From Planctomycetota bacterium (GTDB lineage Bacteria; Planctomycetota; Phycisphaerae; Phycisphaerales; UBA1924), in contig JAEYUO010000117.1 in assembly GCA_023432465.1 (NCBI GenBank), positions 25,239-89,238 on the forward strand: a DNA stretch of 64,000 bases, in the 5' to 3' direction. Shown one piece after another: positions 30,906 to 41,700 of the stretch. Position 1 is the first letter of the stretch. Every line of letters starts with the position of its first letter. The position numbers and the translations under genes are program-made. A model generated the notes under the pieces. The model was not told where the DNA came from and made no database searches. It worked only from the letters and a program-made list of their open reading frames with translations.

Positions 30906-33281
30906 TTACTTCGGTTCATCCGCCGGCGCGGGGGCATTGATGTCCGTGCCCAGCCGCTGGAGATAAGCAAGCAGTGCGATGACCTGCTTGTCCGCCATGC
31001 CGGAATAGCCGCCCTGTCCTTCGAGTTCCGCGGCGAGACCCGCGGCCTGTTCTCTGGCCATCTCGGCCGCACGCCCGGGTTTCACGGCCTCGCCATACGG
31101 GATACCCAGCATCGCCATCGCGTTCACGCGCTCCTGAATCCGATCGAAATCAAGGTTGTTCTCGAGCAGATGGGCGTACGCGGGCATGACCGACTGCTGA
31201 ATCAGAACGCGAGGGTCTTCGAGGTGCCGGATGCGCCAATCGTGCGACTGCCTTCCGCCGATGCGAGCCAAGTCCGGCCCGATGCGTCGGGAGCCCCACT
31301 GGAACGGATGGTCATAGGCGAACTCTCCGGGCTTGGAGTAGTCGCCGTAGCGCTTCGTCTCGGCGAAGATCGGACGGATCATCTGCGAGTGGCAGTTGTA
31401 GCAGCCCTCGGCGATGTAGATGTCGCGGCCGACGAGTTCGAGCGGCGTGTACGGCTTCACGCTCGCAAGCCTCGGGACGTTCCTCTCCCGCCACGAACTG
31501 GAGAACATCGGGACGATCACCATCGGCACGAGTTCAAGCGCCGATGCGATCACCACGGCGATGACCACCCAGACCGTGAAGCGAACGGGCAGCCGCTCCC
31601 ACCGGCGGTGCCACCATGCCTGAAGGAACACATCGCCCTTGTGGCCCAGCTCCGTGTTCGCGGCGAGGCGTGAAGTCGGCCGCGGCGGATCGCGATACAC
31701 CGCGCCAAGCCGCGGCGCGGAGTGCACGACCTGGGCGTACTGCTTCGGACGCATTGTCCAGGTCATGACCACGTTCCAGGCGCACATCAGCATGCCCGTG
31801 AGGAACAGCGTTCCGCCGAGCACGCGGAGCCAGTACATGGGGATCAACCGGATGACGGTGTCAACGAAGTTGGGGTAGGCGAGGCTGCCGTTCTGATCGA
31901 AGGCTCGCCACATCAGGCCCTGCGTCACGCCGGCGAAGTAGATCGGCACGATATAGAGAAGAATGCCGATCGTGCCGACCCACACGTGCGTCTCGGCAAG
32001 TTTCTTGCTCCAGAGCCTGTCCGTCTGGAAGAGCCGCGGCGCCAGCCAGTACAGCATCCCGAAGGTCATGAACCCGTTCCAGCCGAGCGCGCCCGCGTGC
32101 ACGTGGGCAATGGTCCAGTCGGTGTAGTGGCTCAGCGCGTTGACGCTCTTGATCGAGAGCATCGGGCCCTCGAACGTCGACATCCCGTAGAAGGTGATCG
32201 CGATGACGAAGAACTTCAGCACCGGATCGGCCGCAACCTTGTTCCATGCTCCACGGAGCGTGAGGAGCCCGTTGATCATCCCGCCCCAGGAGGGCATCCA
32301 GAGCATGAGCGAGAACAGCATGCCCAGCGTGCTCGCCCATTGCGGGAGCGCGGTGTAATGCAGGTGGTGCGGTCCCGCCCAGATGTACAGGAACACCAGG
32401 CTCCAGAAGTGCACGATGCTCAGGCGATAGCTGTACACCGGCCGCTCCGCGGCCTTGGGCAGGAAGTAGTACATCATGCCCAGGAAGGGCGTCGTGAGGA
32501 AGAACGCCACGGCGTTGTGGCCGTACCACCACTGGATCATCGCGTCCTGCACGCCGGCATACACCGAAGAGCTCTTCAGCAGGCTCGAGGGAATCACCAG
32601 CGAGTTGACGACGTGAAGCACGGTGACGGTGGCGATCGTCGCGATGTAGAACCACAGCGCGACATACATGTGCCGCTCGCGACGCTTGATCAGCGTCATC
32701 ATGAAGTTGACGCCGAAGAACCCGAGCCACACAACCGCGATCGCCAGATCGATCGGCCATTCAAGCTCGGCATACTCCTTGCTCTGGGTGTATCCGAGCG
32801 GGAGCGTGATGGCGGCGGAGACAATGATCGCCTGCCAACCCCAGAAATGCAGATTGCTGAGCTTGTCGCTCCACATGCGGGCCTTGCACAGCCGCTGTGT
32901 CGAGTAGTACACCGCCGCGAAGATGGCATTGCCGGCGAACGCGAAGATCGCGGCGTTGGTGTGCAGGGGTCGAAGCCGTCCGAAGTTCAGCCAGGACGTC
33001 TCGTAGAGGAACGCGAAGGCCGAGCCCATCCACGCGAACGGCCGGAAGCCGCCGATGGAGTACTCGGAGGCCACCGGCAGCACTAGTTGGAGGGCGACCA
33101 GCAGCCCGACGAGCATCGCAACCACGCCCCACAGGATGATCGCGAACGTGAACTTCCGGACAATGGCGTCGTCGTAGACGAACTGCTCCATCGGCCCGGG
33201 CTGGATCTCGCCGTGATCGCGGTGGGGAGCGGTTGCGCCGCTTGCGGAAGGGTGATCCGTCGCCGTTGACATCGCGCTCAT
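30906..33281 (-). CDS. ccoNO: Fused cbb3-type cytochrome c oxidase subunits I+II (CcoN-CcoO)
   Basis: ORF 30906..33329; the likely start is ATG 33281. The N-terminal ~530 aa is haem-copper oxidase subunit I ('WYGHNAVAFFLT', 'HVHAGALGWNGF'). The C-terminal part is CcoO ('IYIAEGCYNCHSQMIRP', 'GPDLARIGGR'). Confidence 0.9.
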   Translation of the reverse strand: MSAMSTATDHPSASGATAPHRDHGEIQPGPMEQFVYDDAIVRKFTFAIILWGVVAMLVGLLVALQLVLPVASEYSIGGFRPFAWMGSAFAFLYETSWLNFGRLRPLHTNAAIFAFAGNAIFAAVYYSTQRLCKARMWSDKLSNLHFWGWQAIIVSAAITLPLGYTQSKEYAELEWPIDLAIAVVWLGFFGVNFMMTLIKRRERHMYVALWFYIATIATVTVLHVVNSLVIPSSLLKSSSVYAGVQDAMIQWWYGHNAVAFFLTTPFLGMMYYFLPKAAERPVYSYRLSIVHFWSLVFLYIWAGPHHLHYTALPQWASTLGMLFSLMLWMPSWGGMINGLLTLRGAWNKVAADPVLKFFVIAITFYGMSTFEGPMLSIKSVNALSHYTDWTIAHVHAGALGWNGFMTFGMLYWLAPRLFQTDRLWSKKLAETHVWVGTIGILLYIVPIYFAGVTQGLMWRAFDQNGSLAYPNFVDTVIRLIPMYWLRVLGGTLFLTGMLMCAWNVVMTWTMRPKQYAQVVHSAPRLGAVYRDPPRPTSRLAANTELGHKGDVFLQAWWHRRWERLPVRFTVWVVIAVVIASALELVPMVIVPMFSSSWRERNVPRLASVKPYTPLELVGRDIYIAEGCYNCHSQMIRPIFAETKRYGDYSKPGEFAYDHPFQWGSRRIGPDLARIGGRQSHDWRIRHLEDPRVLIQQSVMPAYAHLLENNLDFDRIQERVNAMAMLGIPYGEAVKPGRAAEMAREQAAGLAAELEGQGGYSGMADKQVIALLAYLQRLGTDINAPAPADEPK

Positions 33282-33347
33282 GCCCTGCGTCTCCCTGTGA
33301 TGCGATTGTCCATCCAGTCGGCAGGCCATTGCGGACTAAGAGACAAT

Positions 33348-33371
33348 CATATCGACATATCGTGATTATCG
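33348..33371. promoter_or_regulatory. AT-rich tandem CATATCG-like repeats in the ccoNO / rrf2 divergent region (candidate operator)
   Basis: The sequence CATATCGA-CATATCGT-GATTATCG lies 67-90 nt upstream of the ccoNO start. It is embedded in AATCA-N13-TGATT dyad symmetry. Confidence 0.3.
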
Positions 33372-33481
33372 TCTATTCTTCGATCAAGTCAAGTTGCTGG
33401 GCCGCTGCCTGGAAAAGTTCCTGTCCTACCGGAAGTGGGATGCTTGACTCACTGGACGTTTGGATCAAGATTGGTGGCGGG

Positions 33482-33510
33482 TTGACTAACAGACTTCTGT
33501 ATCTTATACT
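33482..33510 (+). promoter_or_regulatory. Sigma70-like promoter for the Rrf2 regulator gene
   Basis: TTGACT, a 17-nt spacer, then TATACT, ending 17 nt before ATG 33527. GGAGGG serves as the RBS. Confidence 0.45.
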
Positions 33511-33526
33511 CCGCATTACGGAGGGC

Positions 33527-33964
33527 ATGTCAAAAATGCTAGCACAGGCCGTCGGTTACGCCGCCGCCGCGCTCGGCTGCCTCGCATCTCGTGAGGGCAA
33601 GCCCTTGTTGGTGAAAGAGATTGCGGAGGCCTGTGGGATTCCCCAGGCGTACTTGGCGAAGATCGTCAACGTGCTTGCTCGACGCGGACTCGTCACGACC
33701 CAGCGGGGTATCGGCGGGGGCGTTGCTCTCGCAAGGCCGGCCGAGGAGATCACTCTCCTGGACCTCTGCGAGGCGCTTGGAGACCCCATCGTGCAGCCGC
33801 GCTGCATGCTGGAGAACGCTCCGTGCTCTGATGAGCGTTCCTGCCCTGCACATCGCTTCTGGACGGCGCATCGGGACGAGCAGATCGCGTTCCTCCGGTC
33901 CACGACCGTCGCGGCCATGGCCGAGTTCACGCGCCGGCAGAGTTCGCCGAACACGGCTGGCTGA
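33527..33964 (+). CDS. Rrf2 family transcriptional regulator (IscR/NsrR-like, Cys-containing)
   Basis: Uses an internal ATG of ORF 33233..33964. The wHTH region reads 'LLVKEIAEACGIPQAYLAKIVNVLARRGLVTTQRGIGGGVALARP'. Candidate cluster cysteines occur in 'CMLENAPCSDERSCPAH'. Confidence 0.85.
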   Translation: MSKMLAQAVGYAAAALGCLASREGKPLLVKEIAEACGIPQAYLAKIVNVLARRGLVTTQRGIGGGVALARPAEEITLLDLCEALGDPIVQPRCMLENAPCSDERSCPAHRFWTAHRDEQIAFLRSTTVAAMAEFTRRQSSPNTAG

Positions 33965-34121
33965 TGCCGTCGCCGGCTGCCGGATGCGCCGGATTCTTCG
34001 TCCTTGCGCGGAGCCGATTCGCGTGGGATGGCAAAGCACTGTGAGCGCGTGTGTCGATGAACCGTTCCCGGACTCGCGTGAGTCATGGGTCAGGGGCCGA
34101 TAAACCGCCACGGGATCCAAG

Positions 34122-36839
34122 GTGCCGATTTCAGATCCGAACGACATCATGGCCTTGGTACGGCAGGCCATCCTGCTGCCGGCATCCGGGCGAGAGGCCT
34201 TCCTTCGCTCCAGGTGCCACGACGACCCGGCGATGCTCGGGCGTGCCCTCGCTGCGCTTCGGGCACAAGACGTGTCGACGATCGCCCGCGACACAGCGCA
34301 GCCTGAACGCGACCGGGATGAACCGCCGCTCGCGGCGTCGGTCTGCGGCATGCCGGCGCGCCTTGGACGTTACCAGATCCTCGGCCTCCTCGGTGAGGGA
34401 GGCATGGGTGTGGTGTACCTCGCCGAGCAGGACAGTCCGCGGCGTAGCGTCGCGTTGAAGGTCATGCGGCCCGGTGCGCTCTCGCCCCAGCTTCTACGGC
34501 GGTTTGAACTCGAGTCACAGGTGCTCGGGAGGTTGCAGCACCCGGGCATCGCGCAGGTGTTCGAGGCAGGGGTGTTTGATGCGGCGGAGCTCGGCGGCGC
34601 GGCGACGGGCGGGGGCAGCCGGTCCGCCCAGCCGTTCTTCGCCATGGAGCACGTGCGCGGCGTGCCCCTGACGATGTTCGCGGATGGAGCGAACCCGACT
34701 CACGAATCGCTCGATCGGACCGCGCGACTGGAACTGCTCATCAAGGTGTGCGAGGCCGTGCAGCACGCACACGCGAAGGGCGTGATTCACCGCGACCTGA
34801 AGCCGGCGAACATCCTCGTGGTCGAGGATCCCGCCGCGACAGGGTTCGGCCAGCCCAAGGTGCTCGACTTCGGCGTCGCGAGAGCGACCGATGGCGACAT
34901 CGCCGCCGCGACACTGCAGACGGATGTCGGTCAGCTTGTGGGCACTGTGCCATACATGAGCCCTGAGCAGATCGCGGGCGATCCCAACGAGCTGGATACG
35001 CGCTCGGATGTGTACACGCTTGGTGTGATCCTCTACGAACTGCTGTGCGGTCGGCTGCCGCACCGGCTCAGCGACAAGACAGTCCCGGAGGCTGTCCGCA
35101 TCATCGGTCAGGAGGACCCAGATCCTCCGTCCTCAGTGGACCGTGCTCTTCGCGGCGACCTGCAGACGATCATTCTTAAGGCTCTGGAGAAGGATCGATC
35201 GCGGCGATACCAGTCCGCTTCGGAGTTTGCCGCGGACATCCGCCGCTTCCTCTCCGATGAGCCGATCTCGGCTCGACCCCCGAGCAGGACGTACCAGCTT
35301 CGCAAGTTCGCGCGCCGGAACAAGGGCTTGGTAGGGGGCCTGTGCGCTGCCGCATTCATGCTGGCCGCGGGTGTGATGGCCGTGTCGTGGCAGGCTGTCC
35401 GTGCCACTCGCGGCTGGGATATGGCACAGACCGAAGCGGACAACGCGCTGGCGGTGAATGAGTTCCTGAATCAGATGCTCGCTTCGGCGGACCCGGAGAA
35501 CAGCGGGGGGCGCGAGGTGACGGTGCGGGAAGTGCTGGACTTGACGGGGCAGAGCGTCGGCGAGATGCTCGGATCGCGCCCACGAGTGCACGTCTCGATC
35601 CGTGGCACACTCAGCAACACGTACCGGAGCATTGGGGAACTGGATCGTGCGATCGAGCATGCACGCGCGGGGTATGAAGCCGCGCGGGAAGGCTTCGGAC
35701 CCGACAGCGCGTTCGCGGTGGACGCTCAGCGGGTGCTCGCGATCATGCTTGTGGAAAAGGGCATTCACGAAGAGGCGGAGGCTCTCAATCGTGACGCGAT
35801 CGAACGGGTGAGACGAACGCGGGGAGATGACAGCGCCGACTTTGTGCTCGTCAACGGGGAACTGGCGAGGATCCTGCTGGAGACAGGCCGGATCAAGGAA
35901 TCCGTCGAGGCCTGGCGGAAGTGGATCCCCGAGGCAGAGCGGCTGCTCGGCAAGGAGCACCGCGAGACGCTCACCATGATGAACAACATGGCGATCGCGC
36001 TCAAGGACCTGGGCGAGTATCAGGAAAGCGATGACCTGCTGAGAAAGCTCGTCGAGATCCGCCAGAGAATCTACGGTCCGGATCATCCTCAGACGCTGTA
36101 TGCAATCAACAGTCTCGCGGCGAACATCCAACGGCAGGGACGCAACTCGGATGCAGAGCCTCTGTTCCGCGAGACACTTGAACGCAGGCGCCGAATCCTC
36201 GGAAACGACCACGTCTCCACGATCGCCAGTGTCGGCAATCTTGGGGTGACGCTCATCAGCCTGGGTCGGCTGGCGGATGCCGAGCCGCTGATTGCCGAGG
36301 CGCTCGCCGGGAACCGTCGATTGCTTGGCGATGAGCACGCAAAGACGCTCATCATGATGGCGAATCAGGCATACCTGCTTGAAGAACTTGGACGAAGCGA
36401 CGAGGCCGAAGCGCTCTACCGCGAAACGATCAGCATTCGCAGGAAGGCGTCGGGCGGTCAGGATCCGGAGACCTGGGCTCCGATGAACAACCTCGCCACG
36501 CTGTACCACCGCCGCGGGAAGCTGACCGAGGCCGATTCGCTCTTTCGTGAGCTGCTCGAGCTGTGCGGCCGGTCGTTGCCGCCGGACCACCCCTACACAG
36601 CCATCTTCAGCAACAACTACGCCGATTGCCTGGTCGATCAGAAGCGGTACGACGAAGCAGAGCGGCTCCTGATTTCCAGTCAGGCGGTGCTCGACAGCAA
36701 GTTCGGCGTCGATCACGCGAGGAGTGTGAAGGGGCGAGCACGGCTTGCGAGACTGTACGACCTCACCGGCCGATCCGAGATCGCCTCAAAGGTCCGCTCG
36801 GAGTCTCCGCCGGCGGAGCTCGGCACGCAGGGTCGGTAG
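34122..36839 (+). CDS. Ser/Thr protein kinase with one TM segment and C-terminal TPR repeats
   Basis: Kinase motifs 'LGEGGMGVVYLA', 'VALKVM', 'HRDLKPANILV', 'DFGVA' and 'GTVPYMSPEQ' are present. The C-terminal half has repeated 'TL..MNNLA......G...EAE.L.RE.L' TPR_12-like units. Confidence 0.9.
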   Translation: MPISDPNDIMALVRQAILLPASGREAFLRSRCHDDPAMLGRALAALRAQDVSTIARDTAQPERDRDEPPLAASVCGMPARLGRYQILGLLGEGGMGVVYLAEQDSPRRSVALKVMRPGALSPQLLRRFELESQVLGRLQHPGIAQVFEAGVFDAAELGGAATGGGSRSAQPFFAMEHVRGVPLTMFADGANPTHESLDRTARLELLIKVCEAVQHAHAKGVIHRDLKPANILVVEDPAATGFGQPKVLDFGVARATDGDIAAATLQTDVGQLVGTVPYMSPEQIAGDPNELDTRSDVYTLGVILYELLCGRLPHRLSDKTVPEAVRIIGQEDPDPPSSVDRALRGDLQTIILKALEKDRSRRYQSASEFAADIRRFLSDEPISARPPSRTYQLRKFARRNKGLVGGLCAAAFMLAAGVMAVSWQAVRATRGWDMAQTEADNALAVNEFLNQMLASADPENSGGREVTVREVLDLTGQSVGEMLGSRPRVHVSIRGTLSNTYRSIGELDRAIEHARAGYEAAREGFGPDSAFAVDAQRVLAIMLVEKGIHEEAEALNRDAIERVRRTRGDDSADFVLVNGELARILLETGRIKESVEAWRKWIPEAERLLGKEHRETLTMMNNMAIALKDLGEYQESDDLLRKLVEIRQRIYGPDHPQTLYAINSLAANIQRQGRNSDAEPLFRETLERRRRILGNDHVSTIASVGNLGVTLISLGRLADAEPLIAEALAGNRRLLGDEHAKTLIMMANQAYLLEELGRSDEAEALYRETISIRRKASGGQDPETWAPMNNLATLYHRRGKLTEADSLFRELLELCGRSLPPDHPYTAIFSNNYADCLVDQKRYDEAERLLISSQAVLDSKFGVDHARSVKGRARLARLYDLTGRSEIASKVRSESPPAELGTQGR

Positions 36840-37015
36840 CGGGTGCGAGGGTTCGTGCTGCGCCGGCGTGCCTTACCGAGATCTGCGCGGTTCAAGAGGT
36901 GTGCGTGTTTGCTCGATGCGCGTGGCAACCCGCCCCTCGCTTGCGAGCTTCGCGAGAGTTGGCGCCAAGACGCTGGCAGAGGGACTCTTCCCCTCCCAGA
37001 CCGGAGCGACTTCGG

Positions 37016-38683
37016 CTACTCCGCACTCCCCAGATACTCAATGCTGGCAGCGGTCGCATCATCGCTGGGCGGAGCGCCATCCGCGAAGCGTGCGATCGCC
37101 TTGAAGATCTCCACGATGTCGGCATCGCAGCCTCGACTCGGCGCGAGAGCCTGCTCCAGCCGTACATTTCCAAACGGCTCACCGGACGCGTTGCGCTCGT
37201 CGAGGATGCCATCGGAGTAGAGGATGATTCGGTCCGACGGTGCGAGACGAATGGTTGAGGAGTGGTATCGGGTCTCGGGGTCGATTCCCACGGGGATGGC
37301 GGTTCCGCCCTGCGACGGATGGAGCGTCGCTCCGGTGCGATGGAACCAGTACCCGTGTCCGGCATCCACATACTCCACGGTGCCGTCGGGTGAGAATACT
37401 CCGAGCCAAAGCGAAACGAACCGCCCGCCCAACGATCGCTCGCCGAGATACCGGTTCAGCCCTGAGACCGCCTTCGCCGGGTCTCGCGTCGCCAGGATCT
37501 GTGCGTTGAGCTGAGATTGGGCCGCGGCCATGAGCATCGCGGATGCAGCCCCGTGCCCGGAGACATCGCCCAGGCAGATGGCGACGCGCCCGTCCCCGAG
37601 CGGGACGACATCGAACAGATCGCCCGCAACAAAGACACCAGGACGCATCTGCATGGCATACCCCAGGAATCCCTGGGCCGCCTGTGCCGGGGGCATGATG
37701 AACTGCTGGGCTTCGCGTGCCGCCGAGAGCTCCGCGGCAAGGGCGGACTGACGCCGTTCCAGTTCCATGCGCTTGAGGTTTGAGAGCGCGAGCCCGCAGG
37801 CGTTTGAGATCGCCTCGCAGAAGGATGCCGCCTCACCCTGCGCGCCGCCTTCGCCGTGCTGTGCATCGATGTACAGCAGCGCGACCAACTCGTTTCCAAC
37901 GAAGACCGGTGCGCAAACGGCCCAGCGGATCGAAAACTCGCAGACGCTTTGAGCCTTGCCCTCCCCGCCCAGGGCTTGATCCTCGTGGAGGATCGCCGTC
38001 TGTCCGCCGGAGGCCGCATGGATCAGCGTACGGCTGAACGTGAGCTCGGGGCTTCCGTCGGCGGACCGGGGACCGGTAAAGGCGACAATCCCGAGTTCGT
38101 CGCCAACACCCCCGGTCGGCCTCAGGACGGCCCCGCGAGAACTCCCGGCACCGGCGAGCGCCGCTTCCAGCGCGCTTCGCGCCAAGGAAGCCTCGTCGGG
38201 CGCGGAGGCCATCCGGGCCAGCCCCTCCATCAGCATCCGAAGCTGCCGGGCGCCCGCCGGCAGCGGCCGCTCGCCGACGCGCTCGATTCGCGCGGTCCTG
38301 CGGCTGTCGTCATCGATCGTTGCCGATGTGCTCGGACTCGAGAGACCGATCGCGACTCGAAATGACCACGGACCGATGCGAACAAGGTCGCCCGAAACCA
38401 GGGGGAGGGGAACGGAGGTGGAGAGTCTTTGCCCGTTGACCCACGTCCCGATGACCGAGCCCACATCCATGATGAACCACGCGCCATCGCGAAGGGAGAG
38501 CACGGCGTGGCGACGCGAAACGGCTTCGTTCAACAGGCAGATGTCGCATTCGATCGCGCGGCCGATCGTCATCTGCTTCGAGCCGGTGCTCGAATAGCTT
38601 CCGCCGTGTGGCCCGGCGAGGGTGTGAAGGGTGATGTCGGGTTCGCGCGTGAGCATTCGTCCGGCGGCGACCGCCGTGCGCAT
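37016..38683 (-). CDS. FHA domain - GAF-like - PP2C/SpoIIE-type protein phosphatase
   Basis: The FHA region reads 'TIGRAIECDICLLNEAVSRRHAVLSLRDGAWFIMDVGSVIGTWVNGQRL'. The PP2C region reads 'GDLFDVVPLGDGRVAICLGDVSGHGAASAMLMA...YSDGILDE'. The exact start is uncertain. Confidence 0.85.
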   Translation of the reverse strand: MRTAVAAGRMLTREPDITLHTLAGPHGGSYSSTGSKQMTIGRAIECDICLLNEAVSRRHAVLSLRDGAWFIMDVGSVIGTWVNGQRLSTSVPLPLVSGDLVRIGPWSFRVAIGLSSPSTSATIDDDSRRTARIERVGERPLPAGARQLRMLMEGLARMASAPDEASLARSALEAALAGAGSSRGAVLRPTGGVGDELGIVAFTGPRSADGSPELTFSRTLIHAASGGQTAILHEDQALGGEGKAQSVCEFSIRWAVCAPVFVGNELVALLYIDAQHGEGGAQGEAASFCEAISNACGLALSNLKRMELERRQSALAAELSAAREAQQFIMPPAQAAQGFLGYAMQMRPGVFVAGDLFDVVPLGDGRVAICLGDVSGHGAASAMLMAAAQSQLNAQILATRDPAKAVSGLNRYLGERSLGGRFVSLWLGVFSPDGTVEYVDAGHGYWFHRTGATLHPSQGGTAIPVGIDPETRYHSSTIRLAPSDRIILYSDGILDERNASGEPFGNVRLEQALAPSRGCDADIVEIFKAIARFADGAPPSDDATAASIEYLGSAE

Positions 38684-38719
38684 CAGACTACCGGGAAATC
38701 GAACTCCGTGCTGGCCGGT

Positions 38720-41700
38720 TCAGGTGGGGCAGCCCGCGAACCACGCGGCGAGGAAGGCGAAGATGTCCGACACTTCGATACCGCCCACACCATCAAAGTT
38801 CGCGGCGGGTTCCATCGCAAACCACGCCGAGAGGAATCCGAAGATATCGGGGACATCTGCGGTGCCGTTGGCGTTCCAATCGGCCGGGCACGGCGGGAGT
38901 TCGCATTCATCGGGCACGCCGCTCTCGTCTTCATCAAGGGAGTACCCGAGGGCGATGTCGCAACTGTCGATCCTGCCATTGTTGTTGCAGTCGGGCTCGA
39001 GCGGGGTGACAGGGACCGCGAAGGTGATGCTCAGCACCGGCCCGAGCGCGCCGCCATCGGCTTCCGATGACCAAAACTCCACAATCGGACCGGATGTTCC
39101 GACCGTCTCGACGATGTAGCCGTAGTTCAGCGAAGGGTTGGCCATCCAGAAGCGAAACGCGTCGGTGATCCCGCTGCCGGCAAACTCGATGCGGGACTCG
39201 ACGTTTGTCATCGCGACTTCACCATCCGTCGATCCGGCGGCATCAACGAACGTTTGGCTGGGGTGATACTCCGCCGGGGAAGTACCGGTGCCGCCGAGCA
39301 ATCGCGCGCCGGTGATCGTCCATGGAACCGTGTTGAAGCGTGCATGATTGTTCGTCACAGCGCCGGGACAACTGATGCAGTTGTCCCGCTCCGGGTCTCC
39401 CCAGGGCTTGAGCACGCGTCGGACCTCGAGCGTCGTTGGGGCTCCGAAGTCCGGAAGCACACTGAATCGGGCATCGAGGATCAGGTTGGGGTCACTGAGA
39501 CCACAGTCGGCCGCGAGCACATCTGTGAAGCCAAAGCGAACAAACCCCTTGGTCTCCGGGACCGTGGTCGGATTGATAATCATCCGGTCGAGCGAGGTGT
39601 TCGCCTGGCCCTGACGGGGATCGAACGATGCATCGGACGCAACGCCGGGGAAAGTCTGGATTCCCGCATCACCGAAGGTCACGGTGATCGTTCCGTCCAT
39701 CACAAAAGACTTGCGGTTGTCAAGGTCCTCAACGTCCAGAACGTTTGCCTGCGGCGCACCGAGCGCCTGCGCGAGATCGGCGATCGGACCCGGGATGAGT
39801 GTGTATGTGCTCGTGCACCCGCTGTACACCAGCGGAACGGTCAGCCGCACCCGGTTGCCAAGCTCGGCGTTGACCGTGGCCGCGGTGGGTTCAAAGACGC
39901 TTGTGCCGTCGGTCAGCGTGTAGTTCCCGGGGTCGGAAGCGGTGACAGGATCCACGGCCTCGCTGAACACAACCTCAACGGAGGTCATGCTGACCGGCAG
40001 CATGGCGACGACCCGCGGTGGCGTGCTGTCCGTCAGGGTGGTGATGTCGACCGCCGCAAGGTTTCCATCGAGTTCGTTCAGGAATGCCTCCAGGTCGCGC
40101 ATCAGGGCGTGCGAGAGCTGACTCACGTTGCCATGCAAGTCTGGCTGCAGACCGCCCGTGTCGGTTGAGCGCAGGACGTCCCACATCTTCAGCCCGACCT
40201 GACGCGTGATCGCCGCGCCACTGATCGGCACGACCTGGCGGAACCCGCCCGAGTCCCACGATGAGACGAGGGAGGGCGTGTTGAAGGCGGGTCCCTCGAA
40301 GTCCGGCAGCGGTCTGAACCCACCCACATTGTGAAACGCGAAGTCGGTGTACGCCGGCGCGGGGTGACAGGTGATGCATCCCGTGGCCAGCGGCCCCTCC
40401 GTGAGCTGATACAGCATCGCGCCACGGATCGCCGCCTCCGTGAGGGTGCCATCGGTGTTTCGATGCGGGCTTCGCATCAGCGGAGGAAGACTGAGGACAA
40501 ACGCGGCCATCGCATCGAGCTCGGGACTCAAGCCCGCGTTCGGCGCCCCGAGCGGATCGTTCGGGAGCCCGAGGAATCCCGACCCCAGCATGAAGTTGCC
40601 GCTGAACGTGAACTCGAAGTCCTGGACTTCATCGCGGTCCCCGGATCGATGGAGCTGGCCGCGGCCGTTGGCCTGCGGAGCCATCGAGATCGATTGCCCC
40701 CGCATGGTGAGCGTCTTGCGGCGACCGGCGTTGAGCGTCGAGAAGTCCCACACAAAGCCGTCGGTCTCTCCGCCGGGGTGGCACGATGCGCAGGAGACTT
40801 TCTGATTACTGCTGATGCGAAAATCGTTGCTCGAGTTGAAGATCTTCGCGCCGAGCAGAATGTCCGCATCCAGGGGCTCTTGCGACGCCACAGCCGCAAC
40901 GCGGGCGATCTCCGTCCATGTTTGTGCGTCCAGGATCGAAACGTCACGAGAGAGGTAGTTCAGCACGTAGACGCGGTCGGCTACGGGCGACCATGCCAGA
41001 CCGATGGGATTGTCGCCGACGGGCAGTTCCTGGAGCGGCGGCGCATTGAACGGTTTGGCGATGCCTGTGGAGCTGGGCACAACCAGCACATCGTTGCTGT
41101 GCGCCATCGAGATCAGCGCAACCGAGCCGTCGCTGTTGAAGGCGATGTCGGATGGACCCGCGACGCCGGCATTCCAGCCATCGCCCAGGAGCTGGCTGGT
41201 CTGGCTGTGGGCGATCACAGCGCTGAACACGACTCGGTTGTTCAGATCAAACTCGAGGGAAGCGAGATCGTGCTTGAGCACGGCCGCCTGGATCACCGTA
41301 TCCGAACTGAAGGGGTTCGCTCGGAAGTTGTGCAACTGCATCGGAATCCACAGTTCGCTGGTCGTGGGACGAACAGCGATCTGCGAGGTGGGGAAGATCC
41401 ACCCGCCCTCGGGAACGCGAGGGTCCTCGCTGGGAATTTGAAATCCGAACTTCGGATCGATCGAGCGGATCCGGTGCACCGTGCCCATGGTCAGGGTGTC
41501 CGTGTCGATGACACTGACATAGCCGTGATCGCCGTCGTTGAACTGGTGCGCGACGGAGGCGGTGGTCGCCCCCGTAAACGTGATGGACAGAGGCTTGGCC
41601 GCCATGTTCTCGAACGACTTGAGGACCGTGCGAGTCGTCGCGTCCACGATGGAGACCGTGTCGGATCGATACATCGCGATGAGCGCGGAATCGCCGGATG

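Noticed and set aside
33330-33526. Search for a canonical FNR/CRP-type box (TTGAT-N4-ATCAA) upstream of ccoNO.
   Set aside because: The closest candidate (TTGACTTGATCGAA on the - strand) mismatches the second half-site badly, so no FNR site is claimed.
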